Positions 36,015 to 45,773 of a stretch of DNA of 64,000 nt are shown in pieces (positions within the stretch are counted from its first letter, which is position 1; every line of letters starts with the position of its first letter). The notes beneath the pieces were generated by a model that worked only from the letters and a program-made list of their open reading frames with translations, was not told the DNA's origin and made no database searches. A program made the translations under genes and the position numbers. The stretch is from a virus (lineage: Duplodnaviria; Caudoviricetes): IMG/VR virus record IMGVR_UViG_3300025073_000989; one strand, given 5' to 3'.

Positions 36015-36329
36015 CTAAATTAAAATAAAATTATCTACTATAATCTCTGTCCAATATTTTTTGTCAGATCCTTTACAGTACCTACACTGACCGTCATAAG
36101 AGCTTTCTTCTATATGTCCATGTATCCTAACATAACTATCCTTGGGTAATACGCTTAAAGCTTCCGCCAAATTACCCCAAGCACCAATTTTAATATACTG
36201 AAACAAACCACAATCATCTGGGGACGGTATAGCTAATTTAGCTTTAAACATATAGTTATCATTGTCTAACTCTTTAAAACTAGGATATGTAATCTTGCCC
36301 ATTAAAATAACAAAGTTTTCTCCCCGCAT
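36015..36329 (-). CDS. ssb: Single-stranded DNA-binding protein (OB fold)
   Basis: N.V.L.G.I, I.AWG.LAE, V.I.G.I, TEIIVD. Confidence 0.75.
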   Translation of the reverse strand: MRGENFVILMGKITYPSFKELDNDNYMFKAKLAIPSPDDCGLFQYIKIGAWGNLAEALSVLPKDSYVRIHGHIEESSYDGQCRYCKGSDKKYWTEIIVDNFILI

Positions 36330-37375
36330 TAAAAATATCCCTCTAAATATGACATTATTTTATCTTTGGATAGGTCTGAAGGATCCATACCACTTTCAGT
36401 TATAAATACTGGAATCAACGGTTTAATATTACCATTTAGTTCATTAAAAGACGCAATAGTCCCTTCTACTCCGGCCTTGTCACCATCAAAAAACAAAACT
36501 ACGCCTTTAGGGGCATTTGCATATAGAAGAATCCTCTGGTACTCTGTTACAAAAGATCCCATAATAGCCACTACGTTTCTTATACCATACTCATACAAGC
36601 GCCATACACTCTTAAAACCTTCAACAACAATAATAGGTTTGTTTGTACAAAACTCCCTAGCCTTGTCTAAGTTATACAAAGTTCTATCTTTATCAAAACC
36701 CGGCGTTAGTTTATATTTAAAACTTGAGTCTTTTATGTCGTTATTATCTCTAGTATCCCTTAAACTATAAGCGCGCAGTTTACCATGTTCGTCTCTTATA
36801 GGTATAATGTCTCTAATTATATTATTATAATCTTTATAGCCACCGGCAACTTCAAAGTAATCCAAAGTAGCTTCTTTAAACCCATCCTTTATAAACATTA
36901 AAGACCTAAAGGGCTTAAATTGGTTAAGCGAATCCTCATTTACTATAGGGGGCTTATTGTCTACTTTTTTAACAATTCTGAGAATGCGATCTGTCTCTCT
37001 ATTCATTTTAAATTTAGAAAACTCTTTACTAAAATCACCTATAGCACCAACTAAACCCTCTAGATAGTGAACAGCCGACATAAAATTAGTTTTATGAACA
37101 GCCATTATTAGGCCTATAACATCATAACTAAAAGATTCATGACATTTATTAGTAAAACAAATCCAGGTACCTGTTTCTTTATTAAACCTAAAAGCTGATT
37201 TATTATCACCACCGTGTATTATACAAGCACATCTAATTTCTTTATTAGAATCCCTTTCTATATCAAAACCAAGAGATACTAGAAGATAGTTATAGTCTAC
37301 TGCCAATTTTAAGCATTCTAGTTTATGCTTAAGTTCTAATCTAGCTTCACTATCAATAGAGTTGTTGATGCTCAT
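36329..37375 (-). CDS. dnaG: DNA primase (CHC2 zinc finger + TOPRIM); annotated ATG lies inside the IS right end
   Basis: C..H..D....F....W.CF..C, IIPI.D, LYN, VVEG..S, FFDGD.AG, DP.D. Confidence 0.9.
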   Translation of the reverse strand: MSINNSIDSEARLELKHKLECLKLAVDYNYLLVSLGFDIERDSNKEIRCACIIHGGDNKSAFRFNKETGTWICFTNKCHESFSYDVIGLIMAVHKTNFMSAVHYLEGLVGAIGDFSKEFSKFKMNRETDRILRIVKKVDNKPPIVNEDSLNQFKPFRSLMFIKDGFKEATLDYFEVAGGYKDYNNIIRDIIPIRDEHGKLRAYSLRDTRDNNDIKDSSFKYKLTPGFDKDRTLYNLDKAREFCTNKPIIVVEGFKSVWRLYEYGIRNVVAIMGSFVTEYQRILLYANAPKGVVLFFDGDKAGVEGTIASFNELNGNIKPLIPVFITESGMDPSDLSKDKIMSYLEGYF

Positions 37376-37872
37376 CGGGCACCGCCCGACGATTTCAGTT
37401 TACCTTCCTTCAAAGGTATCTGATTTAGGGGAACGTCAATATGCCCCACGGTCGAAACTCTGTCTTCGGCCGTTTGCTCATAAAGAAACCAAGCATTCGC
37501 GGATATATTAAAAGCCACGTTGGCATCTCTATGATCAAAGTGTCCACAAGAGCACTTGTAGTGCTTACCATTTGGTTTGTTGATGCTTCCACAGCGCGAG
37601 CAAACCTGTCTTGTATAAGCTGGATTTACAAACACTACTGGCACTCCAAGCAAAGTCGCCTTGTATTTGATGAAGGTTTCCAACTGATAAAAAGACCATT
37701 GAGATTTCTGAACATAGCTCTTGGCTTTACCTTTCTTGGAAATCTTTCCCAAATCCTCTAATACTATGGCGGAACGATGTAGTTTGGCGTAATCAACTAT
37801 GGTTTTGGAAACTTTATGGTTAATTGTAGTTTTCACTGGTGGTGCTCCTTTAGATGTTGTTAAAAAATACAT
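37372..37872 (-). pseudogene. tnpB: TnpB C-terminal remnant (RuvC-II, Zn finger, RuvC-III), N-terminus deleted
   Basis: NHKVSK.IV, IVLEDL, WSFYQL..FI.YKA, VNPAYT...CS.CG, C.CG..DHRD.N.A.NI. Confidence 0.9.
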
Positions 37873-37891
37873 ACAGGGTCAAACTGGTTGA
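37826..37891 (+). pseudogene. tnpA: TnpA (Y1 HUH transposase) C-terminal remnant
   Basis: TGGAPLDVVKKYIQGQ* with the catalytic Tyr, divergent from tnpB. Confidence 0.8.
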
Positions 37892-37924
37892 GACTTACCC
37901 CGAGCACCGCTCTGGGATTGTGTC

Positions 37925-39319
37925 TCAAAAAAATTGTTCATCATAACTTGAGCTGCCTTCATTGTGAGCCACGCCATCTTTGAAATTAAATAATTGCCTA
38001 TCGGCCGGTACTTCCTTAATAAATAACATCTCCTTAAAAAAATTATAACCAATACCTGTATCTCCAGTACCTCCTCCCCTACGGCTATCTTTTATTACTA
38101 GCTTATACGGACCACACTTTCCGCCGTATGTCTCCAATACAGAAGTTTCCTGAGCCATCCAAAAAGACACTATATCGCCGTATCTAGCTATTCTATCGCT
38201 ATCTGCAATATCACCCTGCCTATTTAATTGGACGGCTGTAACAAATGGTATATTTAAATCACCAGACAGATCTTTAAGTCTAGTAGCAACATCCCCTAAA
38301 ATTTGATATTCTTTTCTTTGTGTATTAATACTTGTAGACTCTGGCTCTTTTATATAATCAAAAAAAGCTGCCTGAATATCTTCCTTAATTTTATATTTCT
38401 TATACAGGGCCGTAATCTTATCAAGCGAATATCCAGGCATGTATTCATGAAAAAACTTTTTACCCTCAAATATTTTTATTGCTTTAGTTATTTTAGTATA
38501 TGTAGCATCATCATAACCACCGTGCTTTATTATACGCTCTGGTATACCGGTTACCATAGAAATAAGACGGTCTCTCCACTCACTAAAAGTCATCTCAGTA
38601 TCAACATATAATAACGGTTTCTCTGAAACCAGCGCTATGTGTGCCGCCATATTGGTAATAAACGCACTTTTACCCATTTTCTTTCTTGCAGCTACTATAA
38701 AAAGAGTACCAGGAATTAAACCATCTATCTGTGTATCTAATATCGGGTAACCTGTAGAAATACCAGACATATCCTTATATTCTTTTCGTCTTTCTTCTAA
38801 ATAGTCAAGTAGTCCGTCACAGACATTTACTGGCTCTTTAATTGATTTAGCTTGTGTAGATAGGCTCATTATATCTGATTGAATCTGGCCTATAAATTGA
38901 CCACTGTCTTTAGACCCCCTACTTAGGTCTTCCAGTATCTCAATACTAGTATTGTTAATTTTTTTAAATAATTGATACTTAGTACTGGCCTCTAATATAT
39001 CATTAACATATCTATCAAAATTCCCTGGGTCTGAATCCATAAAGTTATATAGCAAATCAAGATACTTTGCATCTATCAGTTCTGTAGCTCCTAATGACTC
39101 TAACTGACGCTCAACCTCAAAAAACTCAAAAGATTTAATATCATACTTCTCATTAAGCATTTTAAGAACACCAAATAGTGTCGAATGACGTACATCCAGA
39201 AAATCCTGCTTATTAACCTTAGACACTAAAGTATAATAAAAATCTATATTATTTACTGCTTTGGATAAAACATACCTTTCAGCATATTCCTTACAAAAAT
39301 CTGAAACATTATACTGCAT
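37925..39319 (-). CDS. dnaB: Replicative helicase DnaB
   Basis: GISTGY..LD..I.GL.PG, AAR..MGKS, E.T, DYI, QLNR, D..D.I. Confidence 0.93.
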   Translation of the reverse strand: MQYNVSDFCKEYAERYVLSKAVNNIDFYYTLVSKVNKQDFLDVRHSTLFGVLKMLNEKYDIKSFEFFEVERQLESLGATELIDAKYLDLLYNFMDSDPGNFDRYVNDILEASTKYQLFKKINNTSIEILEDLSRGSKDSGQFIGQIQSDIMSLSTQAKSIKEPVNVCDGLLDYLEERRKEYKDMSGISTGYPILDTQIDGLIPGTLFIVAARKKMGKSAFITNMAAHIALVSEKPLLYVDTEMTFSEWRDRLISMVTGIPERIIKHGGYDDATYTKITKAIKIFEGKKFFHEYMPGYSLDKITALYKKYKIKEDIQAAFFDYIKEPESTSINTQRKEYQILGDVATRLKDLSGDLNIPFVTAVQLNRQGDIADSDRIARYGDIVSFWMAQETSVLETYGGKCGPYKLVIKDSRRGGGTGDTGIGYNFFKEMLFIKEVPADRQLFNFKDGVAHNEGSSSYDEQFF

Positions 39320-39780
39320 TATCCCCTCCTCTCCATCCTAGTTTCCCATAATTCATTTTCTCTACGGGTAAGTTCTCTCTTAAAAGTAGCTATGTACTCC
39401 TGTATAGTTTTATCTATACCGTCTAACAGCATAAGTTCCATTTTTAATTCTTCTATTTTTTGCTCCTTTTCGTACAACTCTTTAGTATTTGATGTAATGT
39501 AAGCTACAGCATTACCTTTGGTTTTATATGTTTTCATTATATCTGAAGTAAGTAACTGAGACGTAGCTAGCTCCAATTCACGCTCTAGTTTAAATAGACC
39601 GGCTTTTGATTGGTTTTGCTGATATTTAAAGTAAATTAGGTACTGAGAAAGTGCCAGAGCGTATTGACTCAATTCGGAACCGTCAATAACATCTAATGTT
39701 CTAACATCCATTTCAAATACCTGCCTAATAAAATCGTAGTCTGGCTTAACTTCACTAAAAGATAATACACCTTTATCCAT
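39319..39780 (-). CDS. Coiled-coil hypothetical protein, possibly UvsY-like recombination mediator
   Basis: Helical heptads; position among recA/dnaB (function inferred only). Confidence 0.5.
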   Translation of the reverse strand: MDKGVLSFSEVKPDYDFIRQVFEMDVRTLDVIDGSELSQYALALSQYLIYFKYQQNQSKAGLFKLERELELATSQLLTSDIMKTYKTKGNAVAYITSNTKELYEKEQKIEELKMELMLLDGIDKTIQEYIATFKRELTRRENELWETRMERRG

Positions 39781-39790
39781 TTGTCAACCC

Positions 39791-40054
39791 CTATCTAGCT
39801 TTTTCGTCTATTTCCATCTCATTTTTTTGAAATAAAATTCCACAACAAAGATAATCATAGTTGATTACTTTACCTGTTTTTGGATCCTCTAATTGCACAT
39901 AATCACTTTTGTAGCCGATCTGACGACAATCAAACGACTTTGAGCAATATTTCCACTCTTTTGTAATGGTTCCGTCATCATAGGGCTCGAAATCTGCACA
40001 GTCTTTTTTTAGTTTTAATCCATACACACTATCGGGTGTTATTATTAGGGACAT
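39791..40054 (-). CDS. Hypothetical Cys-containing protein
   Basis: ORF track. Confidence 0.55.
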   Translation of the reverse strand: MSLIITPDSVYGLKLKKDCADFEPYDDGTITKEWKYCSKSFDCRQIGYKSDYVQLEDPKTGKVINYDYLCCGILFQKNEMEIDEKAR

Positions 40055-40407
40055 ATAGGCTCCTTATTTTGTGCTTCTAATATTCTTTGTAAAACTAATT
40101 CTTCGGTAATTATATCATCATAATTAAAAAACACCAAGGTTAATTTTGGATTATCTTCTAAATACATTAACTTTAAATTGTCTCGTTTTTTCTGGGCGTT
40201 GAAATTTGCTGGGTCATTGCCGTGCATATGTCTATTGAACACAAAATGTTGCATACCCTGTATTTCAAATAGTAGAGCTAACTGCTTGATATAAAAGTCA
40301 AAAAACAAACGAGTGTTCTTATATTTTACATAGTATTCCTTTTCTATATGAGAGTATGGAAAAATGATTTTTAGTATGTCATATACTTGATCAGATTGTT
40401 TAGACAT
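40045..40407 (-). CDS. DUF559/Vsr-like PD-(D/E)xK endonuclease
   Basis: EY.V.Y....L.FDFY....LFE.QG.QHF...QK.RD..K. Confidence 0.7.
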   Translation of the reverse strand: MSKQSDQVYDILKIIFPYSHIEKEYYVKYKNTRLFFDFYIKQLALLFEIQGMQHFVFNRHMHGNDPANFNAQKKRDNLKLMYLEDNPKLTLVFFNYDDIITEELVLQRILEAQNKEPICP

Positions 40408-40482
40408 TTATGTGCACCTCAATTCATTAAAACCACATCCAGGTATTTGGTGCACTTGTATGTGGCACTCTTTAAAGGTTAG

Positions 40483-41550
40483 TTAAATATCCAACAGGCC
40501 TTGTTGTCTATAACCTTCCTCTAGACCCAATGCCTGGATAACTGCTTTACGAACTATTAAATAAATATCATAATTGTCTCTTAAAAATTGAACAGCTTTT
40601 ACTTCCCCTTGTGCTATATTTTTTCCTTCATAAGAATACCAAGCTCCTGATTTTTCAATTATACCAAGGTCTGTAGCCAAAGTTAAACATTCCCATACAA
40701 CATCATACCCTACACCATATACTAATGGAACGGTGCAAGTTCTAAATGGCTTACTCAGTTTATTCTTTTTTATAGTAAATTTTGTTAAATGGCCTACAAT
40801 TTCTTCGGTATCAGGATTAATTATATGAGTGCTTTTTGCCTCCCCGCCCTCCACTTTGATCCTTCCAGTCGCGCTAAAATCAAGCGCAACCCCACCTGTA
40901 GTCACTTCCCCTCCCGAGTAAGATCCTATCTTACTTCTAACTTGATTGATAAATATTAAGAGGGTATTTGTTTCTCCCGCCAAAGGAATAAATTTACGCA
41001 TCGCTTTAGACATTAAGCGGGCCAAAAGACCCATAAATTGGTCTTCCATATCAGAATCTGCCTCAGATTTTGGGATCAAACTAGATACGCTATCTATAAT
41101 TGCTACATTTATCTCTCCAGTAGCCATTATTTTCTCTAAAACATCCAAATTTTCTTCTCCTGAAAAAGCTCGGACCAAAAGCAATTCGTCTATATTAACA
41201 CCCATTGCCGTAAATAATTTTGGATCGGCGGCCCTCTCCGCATCTACAAAACAACAACGTAGTCCTTGTTTCTGGGCCTGTGCGATAAGGCTCATAGTGA
41301 GTGTAGTTTTACCCCCAGATGGGGGCCCAAAAATCTCGTAACAACGCCCAAGGGCTAGTCCAGAAATCCCTAAAGCCGAATCTAATCCTAAAGACCCTGT
41401 AGATACTGTAGGAATAATAACGTCCTTCTGGTCGCCCATTGAGGTTAATACCTTTCCATACTTCTTCTCAATAGCCTTCCTAACTATGTCTAATGAATCT
41501 ACCTTCCTGTCCTTACCTTCATCTTCCTTTACTTCCTTTTTCTTCGCCAT
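40483..41550 (-). CDS. recA: RecA recombinase
   Basis: STGSLGLD.ALG, EIFGP.SGGKTT, FVDAE, IDSV, FINQ.R.KIG, GG.AL.F, KNK...PF, GAWYSY. Confidence 0.97.
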   Translation of the reverse strand: MAKKKEVKEDEGKDRKVDSLDIVRKAIEKKYGKVLTSMGDQKDVIIPTVSTGSLGLDSALGISGLALGRCYEIFGPPSGGKTTLTMSLIAQAQKQGLRCCFVDAERAADPKLFTAMGVNIDELLLVRAFSGEENLDVLEKIMATGEINVAIIDSVSSLIPKSEADSDMEDQFMGLLARLMSKAMRKFIPLAGETNTLLIFINQVRSKIGSYSGGEVTTGGVALDFSATGRIKVEGGEAKSTHIINPDTEEIVGHLTKFTIKKNKLSKPFRTCTVPLVYGVGYDVVWECLTLATDLGIIEKSGAWYSYEGKNIAQGEVKAVQFLRDNYDIYLIVRKAVIQALGLEEGYRQQGLLDI

Positions 41551-42156
41551 TTAACCTTCTCCCATATTTTTTAATATATTATCAATATCAAATCCCTTTT
41601 GCCCTTCGTACTCTGCGTTTGATTTTCTTACCAAATAATCAAAATAATCGGAATTACTAAAATCACGTTCAGTATTAAGCATACCGATTGCTTTTTCTAC
41701 TACCCATGCCATATCTCCTTGAGTTAGTACTTTAAATCCAATATAAAAAACTAAATTAAAATCATTAGCATTATCTATAATAAAGTTTATAATTTCTGCA
41801 CATTGAATTAATGCTGCCTTTTTTGATATATCACCAGTACTAGATATAGCATCAATAAAATCTTTGGCTATTTTTCTATCACGACTATCGTCTCTAATGG
41901 GCACCAGTTTATCTGGGTAACGCTGTTTAAACTTTTCATAAAAAAAATCTACTAGGTCTATTTGGCTTTTTATATAATTATAATTAAATGTCATTGGAGG
42001 AATAACTTTCCACCCATATGCTTCTAATAAAAGCTTACAGTAAGGAAGTATGTATTCGAATTGATCTGATTTATTAGCATAACGTTTAGACTCTTTTATT
42101 TTATCTGTTAATAGATCTCCAACAGCAATACCATTATTTAGCTCTGCACTAGTCAT
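41551..42156 (-). CDS. Hypothetical protein
   Basis: ORF track; coupled between dnaN and recA. Confidence 0.65.
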   Translation of the reverse strand: MTSAELNNGIAVGDLLTDKIKESKRYANKSDQFEYILPYCKLLLEAYGWKVIPPMTFNYNYIKSQIDLVDFFYEKFKQRYPDKLVPIRDDSRDRKIAKDFIDAISSTGDISKKAALIQCAEIINFIIDNANDFNLVFYIGFKVLTQGDMAWVVEKAIGMLNTERDFSNSDYFDYLVRKSNAEYEGQKGFDIDNILKNMGEG

Positions 42157-43306
42157 CGTTATTACTATCTACCTCTCTTCGTTTAATATAGGTAATAAGG
42201 GATTTTTGATCCTGGTTAGTAGCAGAATCAAAAATTAACCAATTTTTATCATCAGTAAATTTAAACATTATTCTATCATCTGTTATTGCATCTAAAGTTT
42301 GTTTTAAAAAAATACCATTTATATCTACTACAAAATCACCATCAAAATTTACCACGTCTTCGTAAACATATTCCACATAATCGTTAAAAAATTTAAATTG
42401 TTTGTTGTTTATAGTTATAGTTATTCGATTATTATCATCTGACACTAAATTACCTAAAACAGACACCAAACCGGATAGCATTATTTCTTTATTTAATTCA
42501 ACTACATATTCAAATTTTTCAAACAAAGGCTTATATTCCGGATAATCTTGACCTATCACCAAAGCGCCGTAGATACAAATATTATCAAATTTAACACAAA
42601 CCGACCTTTCTTTTATTTCAAAAAACACTTGAACGTCATTCGCAATAGCACGTCTAAGTGCCATTATAAAATCATACTTAAAAACAAACTTACCCTTTTT
42701 AATAGTACTTGTATTATTAATTCTATAATCTGATAATAAAAGTCCGTCAGTACCAGCAAAATGAATACTGTCCTCATCAAAACTTAAACATAAGCCCTGT
42801 AGGTGAGTTCTTAACTCCGTATTATTTATAGCATAAACTACTTTATTTATAGCCGATTTAACTGTATCTGAGTTTAATATAAATGTAGTATCTTTAAAAG
42901 GTTTTGGTAAAACCATCATAACTGCTGGATAAGTCTCTAATGTTAAACTGCCCTTAGACTTCCTTTTGTCCTTAAAAACATTGTCTACTTTTATATTTAA
43001 TTTATTATTAACTGTTCTAAATTTAAATTCTTTTGCGCCAAACTCCTCGTTCCAAGCTACAAAAGAGCCAATAAAGTTTTTAATCTTACTAAACAAAACA
43101 GACACTTCACCACGATCTACTATCTGAACATTATCTATAACAACAGTTATAGCATTTATATCGTTATTGGCCAAAAATATTACTGAATTATCTTCGTTTG
43201 TTTTAATTAAAATCCTACCAGCAGTGTCAGTTGTATTGATTTTTGCAATAATACCTATATTTTTAACTGCCTCTTGAACTCTAGCTACATCCACAATAAA
43301 CTCCAT
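42149..43306 (-). CDS. dnaN: DNA polymerase sliding clamp (beta); true start ATG at 43306
   Basis: GGAG RBS; three-domain length; L.G....F......AGTDG..L, G.DYP.Y. Confidence 0.88.
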   Translation of the reverse strand: MEFIVDVARVQEAVKNIGIIAKINTTDTAGRILIKTNEDNSVIFLANNDINAITVVIDNVQIVDRGEVSVLFSKIKNFIGSFVAWNEEFGAKEFKFRTVNNKLNIKVDNVFKDKRKSKGSLTLETYPAVMMVLPKPFKDTTFILNSDTVKSAINKVVYAINNTELRTHLQGLCLSFDEDSIHFAGTDGLLLSDYRINNTSTIKKGKFVFKYDFIMALRRAIANDVQVFFEIKERSVCVKFDNICIYGALVIGQDYPEYKPLFEKFEYVVELNKEIMLSGLVSVLGNLVSDDNNRITITINNKQFKFFNDYVEYVYEDVVNFDGDFVVDINGIFLKQTLDAITDDRIMFKFTDDKNWLIFDSATNQDQKSLITYIKRREVDSNNDD

Positions 43307-43356
43307 ATAACTCTCCTTTTCCTTTTTAAATAGTTTTTTATTGGCGGCTTTATTAT

Positions 43357-43385
43357 AATATAAAACATAGTAATGCCTATGGCAA
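43357..43385 (-). promoter_or_regulatory. Sigma70-type promoter upstream of the replication operon
   Basis: TTGCCA-N17-TATATT. Confidence 0.5.
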
Positions 43386-43443
43386 GACACAATAAAAAAT
43401 TTAATTAATTGTTATTATAAAATATGATATTCTATATTTTTGT

Positions 43444-43472
43444 AATATAACCATTAACAGTATATAAATCAA
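43444..43472 (-). promoter_or_regulatory. Second sigma70-type promoter upstream of dnaN
   Basis: TTGATT-N17-TATATT in an AT-rich gap. Confidence 0.45.
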
Positions 43473-43484
43473 GTGTATTTTTTA

Positions 43485-45761
43485 TTATAAAGCAGTTATT
43501 GAACCAGAAAGGTTTTTTATTTGGCTGTATATACCTAAACCCCTAACAACCGAATTTAAATTAAACATTGTTTCTGATATACCCAATACGTTAGAATATA
43601 TACTTCTTGATGTTTTATATTTGTGATTTCTAACTTTTACTACTCCACCAAGATCCTTATAACCCCCTGAAGAATTTATATAAGAACTAATATCACATCT
43701 CTGAAACATACTTACTCTATTTATCATATCTCTGATAGCTGAGTCTAAAGAGGTATATTTACTTAGATTAAATACATACTTAGTCCTAACCTTCGCCCTG
43801 TCTATGCCTAGCACTCCATCATTAATACTTTCATATCCTTGTATTCTTATAATCCAATTTTTAGACCTATCTTCCCTGTATACTTTTTTTGCCTCACCAA
43901 AATATAAATACTTATCTGCAATTTCTTGAAACCTTAGTTCTATCTGGCGCTGCCACCTTGGCTCCCCTTTAGTTAGATTAATAGCGACCTCATTTCCTAG
44001 ATAGTCTCCTATAGTACCAGAAACAAAATCGGCATTCTCTATAGCATTTATATATATTGACAGATCTACTGCTCTCATTATACCAGTTATATTTGATCCT
44101 AACAATTTAGAAGAATAGCTAAGTCCCTGACTAATTAGTAGTTTGTCGTAGGTAATTGGTAATTGTTTAAAACTATGCCCTATTTTAAGCATTCCAATAG
44201 CTTCAGTTTTACTAATTAGTAATCTTATTTTGTTTTCAACTATAAAAGAATCATTATTAATACTAGCGCCTAGATTAACTATGTTATCAAAACTACTACC
44301 AAATATGGTACTTCTTATATCCATCTTGCACTGTGCTACCAAACTTGAAATTAAATCTCTATAGCCTGTGCCAAAACAAGAGAAATTTATCATTGATACT
44401 AAATCTATATGTTCTAGTAATGAAACACTAAAAACCCTTGTTATGTAAACAATTTTAGGTATAATTATACTATTTAGATTAAACGATTGCCCCCTGGATG
44501 AAATTATGGAATTAAGGTTTACTGAAGGTATGATATACAAACTGGAAGACAAGTCAAAGTAATCAAAGGCGCCAATATAACTACTTAGGTTCTTAGTTAT
44601 TTTAATTCCTTTAAACCCACCAATTGTTGATTTTAATTCTTTTGGGAGATTAGGGAAAATGCTTGATTGAAAATCATACGGGCCATATACCCCGTCCAAA
44701 GTAGAAGAAAGATTTTTTAAATCAAACCCCTGTATAGATGTATACAAATTTACAGGAACTACTGCATTAAGTGACGCCGGAAAGTTTATTATGTATGTAC
44801 TTCTTATTATAGAACTTAGGTCTTTTGTATATTTAGGTAATATATATGCACCTAGAACAACCTCTTGCCAACCATGAATACTTATAGGAAAATCAGAATT
44901 AGTATGAATCCATCCTTTTATTTTAAAGTTTATATCTAATAATTCTATGAAATTTGTTTTTAAGTACGCTGTGATATTTGACGATAATCCTAAAAAAGTT
45001 GGTCTCAAAAACCCAGGAAAGTTTTTTTCTACACCGCACTCCCAACCTTTGATTGTTGTACCTATTAAACTATACGAACCGTTTATTTGTTTTATATATG
45101 AACTTATATTATATGTTTGTTGTATATTTTGTTTTAAATAGCTTATAAGATTTAAATAATTGTTAGTTGATAGTCCTTTAATTGTTTCATTTAAAGTAAC
45201 TTCGGCTTTGTGTATAGACGTAACAATCGAATACAAATTATAATTAGCTGAATCATACGCTTTTATTATAGACCTAAAAGAGGATGTGTTTCCTACTGAC
45301 CGGCCTTTAATTACATTTTTTAGGTTAATTGCCCCTACATCTTTTCCGCGCAAAATACTTATTAAATTTTGTTCTTCCGATATAGAAGGTTCGATATATT
45401 GACTTAGATCTAAAAAATTCGAAATAGCAAAAATATAGGCACCTAGATCTACATTTGTAGGATTACCATATACATAGATACCGATATCTCTTATACCTCC
45501 GTACTTACATGGTAATTGGATGGTCTGTATACCTAGATTATTATACCCTACAGTAATTGTTGGACAACTTTTTAAGTAAGTATAGGTGCTACTTTGGTAT
45601 AGCTGCATTACATTTATAGCAGACTGCAATGTTGAGGTTTGAGTATAAACTGGACGCAGTCCAAACAAAAAACCAACATTACTAAAATCTGGAGACGAGT
45701 ACCCAGATGATGAGAATGAAAAAGGAATATTATCTATAGGAGGAGTATCATAGGCTGACAA
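43485..45761 (-). CDS. Putative virion/tail protein with short periodic beta-repeats (L..Y/I.I.G, about 15-aa period)
   Basis: N-terminal YDTPP...FSF motif; long low-period repeat tract. Confidence 0.6.
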   Translation of the reverse strand: MSAYDTPPIDNIPFSFSSSGYSSPDFSNVGFLFGLRPVYTQTSTLQSAINVMQLYQSSTYTYLKSCPTITVGYNNLGIQTIQLPCKYGGIRDIGIYVYGNPTNVDLGAYIFAISNFLDLSQYIEPSISEEQNLISILRGKDVGAINLKNVIKGRSVGNTSSFRSIIKAYDSANYNLYSIVTSIHKAEVTLNETIKGLSTNNYLNLISYLKQNIQQTYNISSYIKQINGSYSLIGTTIKGWECGVEKNFPGFLRPTFLGLSSNITAYLKTNFIELLDINFKIKGWIHTNSDFPISIHGWQEVVLGAYILPKYTKDLSSIIRSTYIINFPASLNAVVPVNLYTSIQGFDLKNLSSTLDGVYGPYDFQSSIFPNLPKELKSTIGGFKGIKITKNLSSYIGAFDYFDLSSSLYIIPSVNLNSIISSRGQSFNLNSIIIPKIVYITRVFSVSLLEHIDLVSMINFSCFGTGYRDLISSLVAQCKMDIRSTIFGSSFDNIVNLGASINNDSFIVENKIRLLISKTEAIGMLKIGHSFKQLPITYDKLLISQGLSYSSKLLGSNITGIMRAVDLSIYINAIENADFVSGTIGDYLGNEVAINLTKGEPRWQRQIELRFQEIADKYLYFGEAKKVYREDRSKNWIIRIQGYESINDGVLGIDRAKVRTKYVFNLSKYTSLDSAIRDMINRVSMFQRCDISSYINSSGGYKDLGGVVKVRNHKYKTSRSIYSNVLGISETMFNLNSVVRGLGIYSQIKNLSGSITAL

Positions 45762-45773
45762 TTTATAAACCTC

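Larger units (their letters stand above)
37365..37939 (-). mobile_element. Internally deleted IS200/IS605-family (IS605 group) element
   Basis: RE: GAAAT-hairpin(TCGGGC-GGT-GCCCGA)-TGAGCA-TCAA; LE: TGAT target, CACA guide, CCCAGAGC-GGT-GCTCGGGG hairpin; divergent tnpA and tnpB 3' remnants; left boundary could alternatively be 37924. Confidence 0.85.

Noticed and set aside
37372-37872. Active compact Cas12f/TnpB effector
   Set aside because: The N-terminal lobe and RuvC-I are deleted; the ORF start derives from the antisense of the tnpA remnant.
40408-40485. Readthrough extension of recA into the Cys-containing in-frame stretch after its stop
   Set aside because: RecA ends at a normal length with TAA; a 25-codon open stretch is expected by chance.
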